This document shows positions 19,033-29,003 of a stretch of 64,000 nucleotides of DNA, in pieces. A program made the translations under genes and the position numbers. How positions within the stretch are numbered: the first letter of the stretch is position 1; every line of letters starts with the position of its first letter. The notes under the pieces are model-generated. The model was not told the origin of the DNA. It was given only the letters and a program-made list of their open reading frames with translations, and did no database searches. The stretch spans positions 61,941 through 125,940 of the forward strand of contig JAOAFA010000059.1 of the NCBI GenBank assembly GCA_026416535.1, in the 5' to 3' direction. This DNA comes from Deltaproteobacteria bacterium. Lineage in GTDB: Bacteria; Myxococcota; SpSt-1050.

Positions 19033-20820
19033 ATGTTTAAGTTTTTATTTGTTGTTTTTACTGGAATTTTGTTTTTTTCAACTAACATCTATCCCTGCAC
19101 GAATATTTTGGTTACAAAAGGAGCATCTCAAGATGGAAGTGTAATGGTGACTTATTCTGCTGATTCATTTGAATTATACGGTTATCTCCACCATTATCCA
19201 CCTGCAATTTATCCCTATGGTACAACGAAGAAGATATTTGACTGGGACAGTGGGAAATACCTTCTTGACATCAAAGAGGCAGAGAGAACATATAACGTAA
19301 TTGGGAATATTAATGAATTCCAGGTCGTGATAGCAGAGACGACTTTTGGTGGAAGAGAAGAACTAAAATCTGAGAAAGGTATAGACTATGGTTCTCTGAT
19401 GTATGTGACGCTTCAGAGAGCTAAGAGTGCGAGGGAGGCAATAAAGATTATGACTGAGCTTGTCTCCGAGTATGGATATTCAAGTAAGGGGGAATCCTTC
19501 TCCATTGCTGATAAGAACGAGGTGTGGATTCTGGAGATGATCGGGAAGGGTGATGAAAAGGGCGCAGTATGGGTTGCAGTAAAAATTCCTGATGGTTATA
19601 TAAGTGCTCATGCGAATCAGGCAAGAATTACGAAATTTGCCCTTAATGATAGCCAGAATGTGATTTATTCGAACGATGTTATAAGTTTTGCAAAAAAGAT
19701 GGGTTATTTTAATGGGAAGGATGAGGACTTTTCATTTGCTGATGCATATGACCCTCTTACGTTTAAGAAAATAAGAGTTGCAGATGCAAGGGTCTGGTCG
19801 GTATTTAGAAGGGTAAATCCTGAGATGAATAGATATATCTCATATATTCAGGGTAAGACTACGGAGAGGATGCCTCTATATGTCAAACCTGAAAAGAAAC
19901 TCTCAGTAAAAGATGTATTTGAATTAATGAGAGATCATTTTGAAGGGACAGAACTGGATATATCCCAGGACATTGGTGCAGGTATATATAAATCACCATA
20001 CAGACCTAGACCGTTATATTGGGAATATAAAGATAGTGAATACTTCAACGAGCGACCAATTTCTACATATCAAACAGGGTTTTCATTTGTCTCACAGTCA
20101 AGGTCAAATCTACCAGATGAAATAGGTGGTGTATTATGGTTTGGTGTGGATGATACGTTTTTCACAACTTATGTCCCAATATACTGTTCGAGTAGAGAAG
20201 TACCGTTTGAATTTTCTAAAGAGGCTGGTTCAATAAGTAAGTTCAGCTGGGATTCTGCATTTTGGGTACTCAATGCTGTATCTAACTTTGTAATCCCACG
20301 ATATAGTTATACATATAGAGATGTAAAGATGTTACAGAATCAACTTGAGGGTGAATTTTTGTCGGACCAGAGTCTTGTAGAGAAGAAGGCTTTAGAACTT
20401 TACAAGAAAGCTTCATATGACGCAATAGAATTTCTTACTGAATATTCAAAGAGGCTAACAGCAAAGATGGTTTCGGCATATAGATTGATGTTTGAAGAGC
20501 TAATGGTGAAGTATGTGGATGGGATCTCAAAGGATGAGTTTTTTAAACCTGTCAACATTGGTTTCCCTGATGAAGTAAAGGAAAGAATTGTTAGGAATGA
20601 TGGTTTAAGATATAAGGTCAGGAAAATACCGGGTCAGGAGAAGACAGATTATGAGCTATATAGAAATAAATTGATTAAATTGTTGAAAGAGGTGAGGATA
20701 AAAGAGGCAGAGGAGTTGCTCAAGAAGGCACAAAAGGATTTTCCAAAAGATGAGTTTTTTAAGAAACAGCAGGAGAAATTAGATAGGATAAAATCTGAAT
20801 TGGAGCGTGATCTTAAGTGA
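19033..20820 (+). CDS. C69-family (dipeptidase A-like) cysteine peptidase, secreted
   Basis: A signal peptide is followed by 'PCTNILVTKGASQDGS', giving a Cys directly after the leader as in C69 Ntn peptidases. AGGGAG lies 8 nt upstream of the ATG at 19033. The ORF track begins 13 codons earlier. Confidence 0.55.
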   Translation: MFKFLFVVFTGILFFSTNIYPCTNILVTKGASQDGSVMVTYSADSFELYGYLHHYPPAIYPYGTTKKIFDWDSGKYLLDIKEAERTYNVIGNINEFQVVIAETTFGGREELKSEKGIDYGSLMYVTLQRAKSAREAIKIMTELVSEYGYSSKGESFSIADKNEVWILEMIGKGDEKGAVWVAVKIPDGYISAHANQARITKFALNDSQNVIYSNDVISFAKKMGYFNGKDEDFSFADAYDPLTFKKIRVADARVWSVFRRVNPEMNRYISYIQGKTTERMPLYVKPEKKLSVKDVFELMRDHFEGTELDISQDIGAGIYKSPYRPRPLYWEYKDSEYFNERPISTYQTGFSFVSQSRSNLPDEIGGVLWFGVDDTFFTTYVPIYCSSREVPFEFSKEAGSISKFSWDSAFWVLNAVSNFVIPRYSYTYRDVKMLQNQLEGEFLSDQSLVEKKALELYKKASYDAIEFLTEYSKRLTAKMVSAYRLMFEELMVKYVDGISKDEFFKPVNIGFPDEVKERIVRNDGLRYKVRKIPGQEKTDYELYRNKLIKLLKEVRIKEAEELLKKAQKDFPKDEFFKKQQEKLDRIKSELERDLK

Positions 20821-20831
20821 GGGCTGATTTT

Positions 20832-20857
20832 TTGACTAATTTGAAAAATGGTATAAT
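20832..20857 (+). promoter_or_regulatory. candidate promoter with extended -10 (TTGACT, then TGgTATAAT)
   Basis: TTGACT at 20832-20837 and TGGTATAAT at 20849-20857, about 30 nt upstream of a GGAGG site and the ATG at 20891. The spacer is short (14 nt), but the extended -10 TG can compensate. Confidence 0.4.
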
Positions 20858-20890
20858 ATTGGATTTCGTGAGGTGGTTTCGGAGGTCTTA

Positions 20891-21418
20891 ATGAAGAGAA
20901 AAGTTAGTAGTAGTCATACATATAAATTACTACATCCAAAGATAGTAGCACTTGTCACGAGCAGGTCAAGAAAGGGTAAGGAAAACGTGATGGCTTGTGC
21001 ATGGATGACTCCTGTGTCAGTTAATCCACCGCTTGTGCTTGTGTGTATAGTAAAGGAGTGGTTTACCTCAGAATTGATTAATGATTCAAAAGAGTTTGTA
21101 ATCAATATCCCAGACTTTTCGATGATAAAAGAGGTTATGATGGCAGGGACGTTGTCAGGTAGAAGAATAGACAAATTACAGGAGATGGGACTCACGGTAA
21201 AAAAAGGGAAGATGGTCAAGTCTCCTGTAATAGAGAAATGCATTGCGCACCTCGAGTGCAAACTGATAAAAAGGGTTGAAGCAGGAGAGTCATATGTATT
21301 TATTGGGAAGGTCCTTACAGCCTATGCTGACGAAAACTATTTTGATAAAAAATGGAAAAGTAGGGCAAATGTCCCACTTCATCTCTGTGACGACAAATTT
21401 GTGAAATTCAGAGAATGA
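20891..21418 (+). CDS. flavin reductase-like, FMN-binding split-barrel protein
   Basis: 'LLHPKIVALVTSRSRKGKENVMACAWMTPVSVNPPLVLVCI' is the flavin reductase-domain core. A GGAGG ribosome-binding site lies 5 nt upstream. Confidence 0.7.
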   Translation: MKRKVSSSHTYKLLHPKIVALVTSRSRKGKENVMACAWMTPVSVNPPLVLVCIVKEWFTSELINDSKEFVINIPDFSMIKEVMMAGTLSGRRIDKLQEMGLTVKKGKMVKSPVIEKCIAHLECKLIKRVEAGESYVFIGKVLTAYADENYFDKKWKSRANVPLHLCDDKFVKFRE

Positions 21419-21462
21419 GATGTATATTGTGATAAAAATAACTTACTTAACGGAGGGTAGAT

Positions 21463-21735
21463 ATGGCAAAGATTTCCAAAAGTCATTCACTGGGGAAAGA
21501 GATAGCAAAATCCAAGATTGAATCTTTAGTCCCACAACTTGCTGAGAAGTTTAACTTGAAGTATAGATGGGTTAATGATTACACTGTCTCATTTGAGGGT
21601 TCTGGTGCGAAGGGACAGTTTGTAATAACAGATAATTCTGTGGAGGGTGAGATTACACTCGGTTTTCTTCTCAAGGCTTTTGAAGGGAAGATTGTATCCT
21701 CTGTTCAAGAGAAGCTTAATGAGATTTTAGGTTGA
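21463..21735 (+). CDS. putative polyhydroxyalkanoate-system small protein (PHA_gran_rgn-like, 90 aa)
   Basis: The pattern 'I.KSHSLGKE.AK..IE.L...L.EKF.L...W..D..V.F.GSGAKG...V.D......I.LGFLLKAF' resembles the roughly 90-aa PHA-granule-region family as I recall it. Confidence 0.45.
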   Translation: MAKISKSHSLGKEIAKSKIESLVPQLAEKFNLKYRWVNDYTVSFEGSGAKGQFVITDNSVEGEITLGFLLKAFEGKIVSSVQEKLNEILG

Positions 21736-22382
21736 CTGTGATGAGGTTCTTTTTATTATTTTGCTTCTTGTTTGCACAGAATAAAGATAATACCTATCAG
21801 TTTGATGAGGGCGTGGGATTAGTATACAAGTATTTAATAGAGGATCTAAAAAGCAATCAGGCCTTTAGTATATCTCGAAGGTGCTCTATTGACCATGAAG
21901 AGTATGTCCATACGGTGGATCTCTTATTCGATAAACTTAAAGTGGATGTTATAAATACAACACCTGATTCGGATGATTATAGAAACTGTGAGGGTGTAGA
22001 GATTGAGAGTATTGCGCTGACTAAAGATAAAGCTCTGTGTTATAATAAGGAGGAACAGTCAATAATAAATATAGGATTTATAGTGTTTATGCACAAATCT
22101 TGTCAGAGTGAATTAATTAGATATTTTAAAGCATTTATGGGGAAGATGGAAAAAAGTATACCATTTGATTCAAAGATAATAGAGAATAGATGCTCTAGGT
22201 TGAGTATAAAGATGAAGTCCTCAAATAATAACTATTACAATATGGCAGTTGTGTGTGATGATAAAGTAGGAGTCGTTTTTTTGAATAAAGAGATGCTCAA
22301 GAATTTTGAACGTACGAGGAGACTCATAGAAGAGAGAGTTGAGGCTATTGAAAATAGACCTAAGGAAAAAGATGATTTTTAA
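21732..22382 (+). CDS. hypothetical secreted protein
   Basis: N-terminal signal peptide ('FFLLFCFLFAQN'). I recognise no motifs. The start overlaps the upstream gene by 4 nt. Confidence 0.4.
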   Translation: MTVMRFFLLFCFLFAQNKDNTYQFDEGVGLVYKYLIEDLKSNQAFSISRRCSIDHEEYVHTVDLLFDKLKVDVINTTPDSDDYRNCEGVEIESIALTKDKALCYNKEEQSIINIGFIVFMHKSCQSELIRYFKAFMGKMEKSIPFDSKIIENRCSRLSIKMKSSNNNYYNMAVVCDDKVGVVFLNKEMLKNFERTRRLIEERVEAIENRPKEKDDF

Positions 22383-22400
22383 TATTTGTTTACTTAAACT

Positions 22401-24671
22401 ATGACCGGTCTTCTCAACTATGGCAGATATTTTATAATTTGCTGTGTACTTCTCTTTTTATCATGCTCGCTTAGAGACAAAGATTTGCAAATAGAAGATT
22501 TTGTAGATGCATCCATTGATGATATTCTAGATGTTGAAGAAGTGTTAGATGTAAATAATTTGGGGGATGCACATCAGGATATATTGAAGTGTGAAAGTGG
22601 GGTTGTAGGTATTTATGGCCCTTATAATAAGATCGAAGTTTCTTTACCTGCGGAACTATATCCATTCCCTAATGACTATTATGTAAGAGTAGATTCTACA
22701 AGTCCTACTAACATTCGATTGAATTATCCAGGTGATGTATTTTTAAATGGCATTAACGAGCTTGTCGGATTCCCTACATATCCATTTTTGATATCAAGGT
22801 TTGTTGTGCAGTCTAAACCTGAGGGTAGATATAAAGTGATTCCGATAGTAAATAGTAGGTATAACAAGATATCATTTGATGAGGATTCGGTGTTTTTATT
22901 ACCTTTGGATGCTTTGTTTGAGCATAAGGATAAAAGGCAGATAGAGAAACATTTGGTTCCTTTAGAAATGCACTCAAGTGATAATGGTTCTTTGTTTGTG
23001 TTAGTTAGAGAAATTCTTTCCGAGGAGAGAGAATATTTATTTTTTATTACCGAAAGACTTAAAGTTAGAGTAATAGACACAGATGATAATTCATTAGGAA
23101 GCGAGGAATGTGTATCAACTACTCAAAACTTTGAGGCTGTGAAGTCGAGGAGATCTGTTGAATCAAGGTATCCCGGATTGGAAGAATATAGAAAGTCACT
23201 TGAGCCTATATTTGATGAACTTGAAGAGAAAATCAACATTAGCAGAAAAAATATTATTATGTTTTCAAAATTTAGGACTGGTAAGAATGTTAGCATATTA
23301 AGAGAGATTAAGAAATCCATTGATGATATGACTGACTTTAATCCAGAGATAATAGATGTCTTCAAGCCAATAGATGAAGGAGGTAGATTGACGGATAAGA
23401 TGAAAGGATATCTGCCTTGTGCAGCAGATATAAAGAGTGTGGATGAATTTTATGATTATGATTTTTCAAATGTGGACTCTGTAATTATAGGATATTATAA
23501 CTCGCCCAATTACTTAGATGAGAGAAACAGGCTCAATTTTGATCCAATCAAAAGGACATATGAATCAGTAAAGACTAATCGAGTTCAATTTATTATTATT
23601 TTGCCCAAAAATAATTTCATAAGAGGGATTATCCCTCCATTCCCTCTTGTTATTTTTCAGCACGCTTTTGAAGTTTGTAAGGAGACATCTTTGGCCTTGG
23701 CGGGAACATTTACATCGTTTGGATTTGCCATTGGTGCAATTGATATGATTGGTCATGGTGTGAGATCAGGGAAGCTCAGATGTGAAGATGGAAGGGTGTA
23801 TTGCGATACTCCTTCCTTAGATTTTATAAAAGTGGATGACATGCTTACTACTGTTAATTGGTTAAGACAGTCTGCAATTGATACTATTGCCTTTTATAAG
23901 ATGCTAAAAGGTCTTAAAATTGATGTTGTTCCTTCGATCTCGGATGTAAATGGGTCCGTAATTGTCAATAAATCTGGTGATGGCATAGATGATTTTGATT
24001 CTGAAAGACTTCTCTTTACTTCTCAATCATTAGGCTCTTTTTTGGGTATCTCTATTGTTAGCCTGGTAGGTGACTTTAAGGCGTCGGTGTTTAATGTGCC
24101 TGCAGCTGCATTTTACAAGCTGTTGTCAGTTGAACTCTCTGAAAATGGAGATATATGGGAGCTTAAGGATATGTATCTTCCATTCATAGTATCAATCCAG
24201 ACTCTTGTGGATGAGATAGAGGTTTTGAATTTTTCAAGACTTTACAATAGAGAAAATGGCGTTAATATAAATGTTCTTATTCAGGCAGCTAAGAATGATG
24301 AGGTAGTTCCACATAATGGAACTGAAATGCTTGGATATTTTATGAAATTGGAACAGGTAGATGCCCTTAGAGTAATTGAAGACGTTCCACAGGTCACTTC
24401 TCCACATTCAGGTTCATACCATTCAGAGAAAATTAGTGCTGCCTATTATCAATTTTATCCAGCAGAACATATTTTTTATCTTAAGAGTGTTAATAAGGGT
24501 GTTAGGGAATCAGCACAGTATCAGTCTGCAACCTTTTTGAGGAGCTCACTTTCTAGGAAGTATGAGGGGGGATTAATTATAGATCCGTTCAGTTGTTCTC
24601 AAGTAAGTGAATTTGTGAATGAAGCGAAAGGCTACCCACTCGAAGTATATCCTAATCCATTTTGTAAATAA
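22401..24671 (+). CDS. large hypothetical lipoprotein (possible alpha/beta-hydrolase-like region)
   Basis: Lipobox 'LLFLSCSL'. It encodes 756 aa. An 'FTSQSLGSFLG' small-x-Ser-x-small elbow appears about 540 aa in. The C-terminus ends '...EVYPNPFCK'. Confidence 0.4.
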   Translation: MTGLLNYGRYFIICCVLLFLSCSLRDKDLQIEDFVDASIDDILDVEEVLDVNNLGDAHQDILKCESGVVGIYGPYNKIEVSLPAELYPFPNDYYVRVDSTSPTNIRLNYPGDVFLNGINELVGFPTYPFLISRFVVQSKPEGRYKVIPIVNSRYNKISFDEDSVFLLPLDALFEHKDKRQIEKHLVPLEMHSSDNGSLFVLVREILSEEREYLFFITERLKVRVIDTDDNSLGSEECVSTTQNFEAVKSRRSVESRYPGLEEYRKSLEPIFDELEEKINISRKNIIMFSKFRTGKNVSILREIKKSIDDMTDFNPEIIDVFKPIDEGGRLTDKMKGYLPCAADIKSVDEFYDYDFSNVDSVIIGYYNSPNYLDERNRLNFDPIKRTYESVKTNRVQFIIILPKNNFIRGIIPPFPLVIFQHAFEVCKETSLALAGTFTSFGFAIGAIDMIGHGVRSGKLRCEDGRVYCDTPSLDFIKVDDMLTTVNWLRQSAIDTIAFYKMLKGLKIDVVPSISDVNGSVIVNKSGDGIDDFDSERLLFTSQSLGSFLGISIVSLVGDFKASVFNVPAAAFYKLLSVELSENGDIWELKDMYLPFIVSIQTLVDEIEVLNFSRLYNRENGVNINVLIQAAKNDEVVPHNGTEMLGYFMKLEQVDALRVIEDVPQVTSPHSGSYHSEKISAAYYQFYPAEHIFYLKSVNKGVRESAQYQSATFLRSSLSRKYEGGLIIDPFSCSQVSEFVNEAKGYPLEVYPNPFCK

Positions 24672-24901
24672 TTTCTTGCTCTATGTGAACTTTTACTTTG
24701 GTAAGTAGGGCAAATTATTTTTTATCGTAACGTTTACCATAACTCTAGAGTATAGTTAATGAATTACTTTAGTGTAAAATCTGCCAAGGTTATTAGTTTT
24801 CTTTAAAATAGTATTTATGCAAGAAGACTATATGGGCCCTTGGTAGGTATTGGTGTTTTGGTAGATAAAACTAGGATTTTTAGCTTAGGTGAAAATAATG
24901 A

Positions 24902-26698
24902 TCATAATCTATATTCTTCCTTATCAACAAAATATTGGGCTATTGACCGTTTCAAGGCAATAATGTTTGATTGAGGTGTTGTGTATAGCATATTAATTAC
25001 TTTCATGTCTTTTTCAAGTTCTTCTCCTGAAGTTATTGATGATGCAAGCAAGCGTAACTCTGAAAATGATTTTTCATAAGTTTCTAAGACGAAGGCATTG
25101 GCCATATCAACTTGAATTTTAGCTCTCTGAGGGCCTAAAAGTTCAATCGAGTTTAGTGCCCGTCCACATACCGAATCCATTGCACATATCGCTATTGTAA
25201 TATCAGCAAGGTACCTTATGTATTCTTGCTCCTTGATAAGGGTTTCGCCAAACTTTTGAATGCATTTGTTGAACAGGTATAGATATCCCCTTTTTGTGAG
25301 TTCGGTGAGTTTTACTGCGTCTGATAATGGTGAGTCTTTGATATCTCTTGTTATTAAGGATGGATCTTTCAATTCTTCCATCATCCTCTTTGATACTTCA
25401 GAGATATTGATTTTGCCTGAGGATATTCTTCTTATGATGGTTGAGATTATAACAAGTCTATTAATCTCGTTAGTTCCTTCAAACAACCTATTTATTCTCG
25501 AGTCTCTATATGCGCGTTCGACAGAGTATTCACGAGTATATCCATAGCCGCCATGTATTTGAACTCCTTCGTCAACTACATAATCGAGTATTTCCGAACC
25601 AAAGATCTTCATTATGGAGTCTTCTATTGCAAATTCTTCGATTCCTTCTATTGTCCTTTGTTGGGCATCGGGGGCAGATTTGTCGATGTTATGTAGGATC
25701 TTATCCATTAGTCCAGCAACTCTGTAGGAAACAGTTTCTCCCGCGTAGATTTGAATTGCCATGTTGGCAAATTTTTCTCTAATCATGCCAAATGATTCTA
25801 TGGGCTTACCAAACTGTTTTCTTTCCTTTGCATACTTTATAGATGTCTTGAATACGTCTTTTGCGGCCCCAATGCATATAACCCCTAGTTTAAATCTGCC
25901 AACATTTAATATATTAAAGGCTATTTTGTGTCCTTTCCCTATTTCTCCAAGTATATTTTCCACTGGGACCTTGCAGTCTTCTAAGATAAGTGGACAGGTT
26001 GAAGAACCTCTTATGCCCATTTTATTTTCTTCTTTGCCAATTGTAAGTCCAGGAGTTCCTCTCTCAATAATAAAGCCCGTAAATTTATCCCCATCTATTT
26101 TTGCAAATACTGTAAATACATCAGCAAAACCAGCATTTGTAATAAACTGTTTGCTACCATTAAGAATATAGTATTTTCCATCTTCACTAAGTGTTGCTTT
26201 AGTTTTTGCTGCAAGTGCATCTGAACCCGATCCTGTCTCTGTTAATGCGTATGCACCTAAGAGCTCGCCTGTTGCAAGTTTTGGGAGATATTTTTCCCTT
26301 TGTTTATCATTTCCAAAGAAGAGAATGGGGAGTGTGCCAATGCCAGTGTGTGCCATGAGTGCAACTGAGAACGAACCACTCATTCCAATTACTTCACTGA
26401 TTGCCATAGAGGCAGCCTTTGACAATTCTGCACCCCCAAATCTTTCTGGGATGTCACACATCAATAAACCTAATTCTCCTGCCTTTTTTAGAAGGCTCAC
26501 TAGGAGTTCGTAATCGTGTTCATCAATTCTTTCAATGTTTGGCATGACCTCATTTATTACAAAATCTTGTGCAGTATTTCTGAACTGGATTGTATCTTCA
26601 TCAAAGTCTTCGGGGGTAAAAAATCTTTTTTCGGTGGCTCTATCAAAAATGAAGCCTGCGCCCATCTGAGGTGATAATTTTTCATAAATACCTGACAT
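24902..26698 (-). CDS. acyl-CoA dehydrogenase, long form with C-terminal helical extension
   Basis: Blocks such as 'YALTETGSGSDA', 'LNGSKQFITNAG' and 'QIHGGYGYTREY' indicate the ACAD fold, with an extra roughly 200-aa C-terminal domain. My preferred start is the ATG at 26698, preceded by AAAGGAGG. The ORF track start at 26740 is the alternative. Confidence 0.75.
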   Translation of the reverse strand: MSGIYEKLSPQMGAGFIFDRATEKRFFTPEDFDEDTIQFRNTAQDFVINEVMPNIERIDEHDYELLVSLLKKAGELGLLMCDIPERFGGAELSKAASMAISEVIGMSGSFSVALMAHTGIGTLPILFFGNDKQREKYLPKLATGELLGAYALTETGSGSDALAAKTKATLSEDGKYYILNGSKQFITNAGFADVFTVFAKIDGDKFTGFIIERGTPGLTIGKEENKMGIRGSSTCPLILEDCKVPVENILGEIGKGHKIAFNILNVGRFKLGVICIGAAKDVFKTSIKYAKERKQFGKPIESFGMIREKFANMAIQIYAGETVSYRVAGLMDKILHNIDKSAPDAQQRTIEGIEEFAIEDSIMKIFGSEILDYVVDEGVQIHGGYGYTREYSVERAYRDSRINRLFEGTNEINRLVIISTIIRRISSGKINISEVSKRMMEELKDPSLITRDIKDSPLSDAVKLTELTKRGYLYLFNKCIQKFGETLIKEQEYIRYLADITIAICAMDSVCGRALNSIELLGPQRAKIQVDMANAFVLETYEKSFSELRLLASSITSGEELEKDMKVINMLYTTPQSNIIALKRSIAQYFVDKEEYRL

Positions 26699-26874
26699 CT
26701 TACCTCCTTTAATGTGAATAAGTAAAATTTTACTTAACATTATTTAAGGTTGCTTGCAAGTCTTTTATGACACATTGCGTAAAAATATAATATCTTGAGA
26801 CTTATTTATTTTGGTTGACCAAAAGATATTTATTTGATTGTATTTATATACCTAAGAATTGAGGGAGGTTTTTT

Positions 26875-28068
26875 ATGAAGTTTGCTAATAGAATTTCTAG
26901 ACTAGGAACTGAGACAGCCTTTGATGTTCTTGCAAAGGTTAATGAGTTAAAGGCGCAAGGTAAAGATATAATATCTTTTTCAATAGGTGAACCTGATTTT
27001 AATACTCCTGAAAACATTAAGAAGGCGGGTAAGGATGCGATTGATAGGAATGAAACTCACTATAAACCTGCTAATGGTATTTTAGAATTGAGAGAGGTTA
27101 TAGCTCAAAAATCTTTTGAATTAAGGGGGGTTAAGGTTGATCCAGCTGAGGTAGTGGTAACTCCGGGTGCCAAACCTATATTATTTCATACAATGCATGC
27201 ATTGGTGGACGAAGGTGATGAGGTAATATATGTAAATCCTGGCTTTCCTATATATGAATCTGTCATAAATTTTTTAAATGGTAAGCCTGTCCCGCTACCC
27301 CTTATTGAGGAAAAAGAATTTTCTTTTGATATAGATACGTTGAAGAGGTTAATCACTAAGAAAACCAAGTTACTGATTATAAATTCGCCCCACAATCCAA
27401 CCGGAGGTACACTGTCGAGATCTGATCTTGAGGCTATAGCCGAATTGGCTATTAAACATGATTTTTATGTAATGTCAGATGAGGTATATCATAGGTTCTC
27501 TTTTGATTCAAAATTTGAGAGTATTTCATCTCTTCACGGTATGAAGGAAAGGACAATAGTGGTAGATGGGTGTTCAAAAACTTATGCAATGACTGGATGG
27601 AGAATTGGATGGGGTATTATGCCTCAAGAGCTGGCCAAAGTTGTTACTAGGATGGTAATTAATTCGGATTCTTGCACTGCTGCATTTACTCAGTACGCTG
27701 CTATTGAGGCGTTGAAGGGTGATCAGACAGAATCATATAAAATGGCACAGGAATTTAAAGAGAGAAGGGACCTGATAGTTGAATTGCTAAATAATATTAA
27801 AGGCATAAGGTGTCTAAAGGCAAAAGGGGCATTTTACGTATTTCCTAATGTTACAGAGGCTTGTAGAAATTTGGGTTTTAAAGACTCGAGAGAACTTCAA
27901 GATTACTTGCTTTATAATGCCGGGGTTGCGGTCCTTGCAAGAACATGTTTTGGTTCTAAAAATGTTGGTGAGCAAGATGAGTACATTAGGCTTTCTTATG
28001 CGACTTCTAGAGAACATATCATAGAAGGCTTAAAAAGGATGAAGGAGGCAATTGAAAATAAAAAGTAA
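26875..28068 (+). CDS. class I/II pyridoxal-phosphate aminotransferase (aspartate aminotransferase-like)
   Basis: 'LIINSPHNPTGG' and the PLP-lysine region 'VVDGCSKTYAMTGWRIGW' are present. A GGGAGG ribosome-binding site lies upstream. Confidence 0.8.
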   Translation: MKFANRISRLGTETAFDVLAKVNELKAQGKDIISFSIGEPDFNTPENIKKAGKDAIDRNETHYKPANGILELREVIAQKSFELRGVKVDPAEVVVTPGAKPILFHTMHALVDEGDEVIYVNPGFPIYESVINFLNGKPVPLPLIEEKEFSFDIDTLKRLITKKTKLLIINSPHNPTGGTLSRSDLEAIAELAIKHDFYVMSDEVYHRFSFDSKFESISSLHGMKERTIVVDGCSKTYAMTGWRIGWGIMPQELAKVVTRMVINSDSCTAAFTQYAAIEALKGDQTESYKMAQEFKERRDLIVELLNNIKGIRCLKAKGAFYVFPNVTEACRNLGFKDSRELQDYLLYNAGVAVLARTCFGSKNVGEQDEYIRLSYATSREHIIEGLKRMKEAIENKK

Positions 28069-28081
28069 AGGAGTTATCGCG

Positions 28082-28999
28082 ATGAAAGCAGCAGTTGTTG
28101 ATATTGGTACAAATTCAGTATTGCTTACTATTGCAGATATAGAGGGTAGAGAGATAAAGAATGTCACTGAGTTATCACGAATTACAAGGCTTGGGAAGGG
28201 TTTTGGAGAAGATAAAGTAATTAGGGAAGAGAATGTAGAAATAACTTTAAGTGCACTAAAGGAATTTTCCGAGAAAATTCATAATAAGGGTGTTGATAAA
28301 GTCAAGTATATTGCTACTGAGGTGTTACGTAGTGCTAAAAATAGTGATTATGTGTTAAAGAAGTTATCGAGTGCATGCTTAAGTGATATTGAGATAATAG
28401 ATGGAGTAAAAGAGGGTTTTTATAGTTTTTATTCTGTTTCATATTTGAATCCGTCAAAGGATGTGTGTGTTATAGACGTAGGTGGAGGTTCGACAGAGAT
28501 TACTGCTGGTATGGATTCTGATATGAGATTTACCAGGAGTTTGAAGGTTGGAGCAGTTGAGATTTATGAAAAATTTTTCTCAGGGTATGATATATATCCA
28601 AGGGATAGCATATTAAAGGCGTCTGGGTATATCTATGATATTCTGGAGAAGAATATACCTATGGATGTAATTGGAACTTTTACTGCAGTGTATGTGGTTG
28701 GGGGCACCATAACTAATGTTGGTGCTATTTTGGAAGGGATGAACGAATATAAACCTGATTTGATTGAAGGGAGAGTAGTAAACATTGGTGAGATTAGAGG
28801 ACTTTTTGAGACTATATCTCAAATTAAGGGAGTAGATAGAACTAAAATAGTTGGTCTTGAACCAGAAAGGGCTGATGTCCTTCCCTCAGGGATATTGATA
28901 ATTAGGAGTATAATGACCTACTTAAACAGAGATAACATAAGGATTTCAACGAGGGGTGTTAGATGGGGGGTAATGTTTCAGTTGAGCGAGGAAGGCTAA
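28082..28999 (+). CDS. Ppx/GppA-family phosphatase (exopolyphosphatase / pppGpp phosphohydrolase N-domain only)
   Basis: 'AAVVDIGTNSVLLTIA' and 'VIDVGGGSTEI' are the Ppx/GppA ASKHA motifs. AAGGAG lies 8 nt upstream of the ATG at 28082. Confidence 0.75.
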   Translation: MKAAVVDIGTNSVLLTIADIEGREIKNVTELSRITRLGKGFGEDKVIREENVEITLSALKEFSEKIHNKGVDKVKYIATEVLRSAKNSDYVLKKLSSACLSDIEIIDGVKEGFYSFYSVSYLNPSKDVCVIDVGGGSTEITAGMDSDMRFTRSLKVGAVEIYEKFFSGYDIYPRDSILKASGYIYDILEKNIPMDVIGTFTAVYVVGGTITNVGAILEGMNEYKPDLIEGRVVNIGEIRGLFETISQIKGVDRTKIVGLEPERADVLPSGILIIRSIMTYLNRDNIRISTRGVRWGVMFQLSEEG

Positions 29000-29003
29000 T
29001 AGT

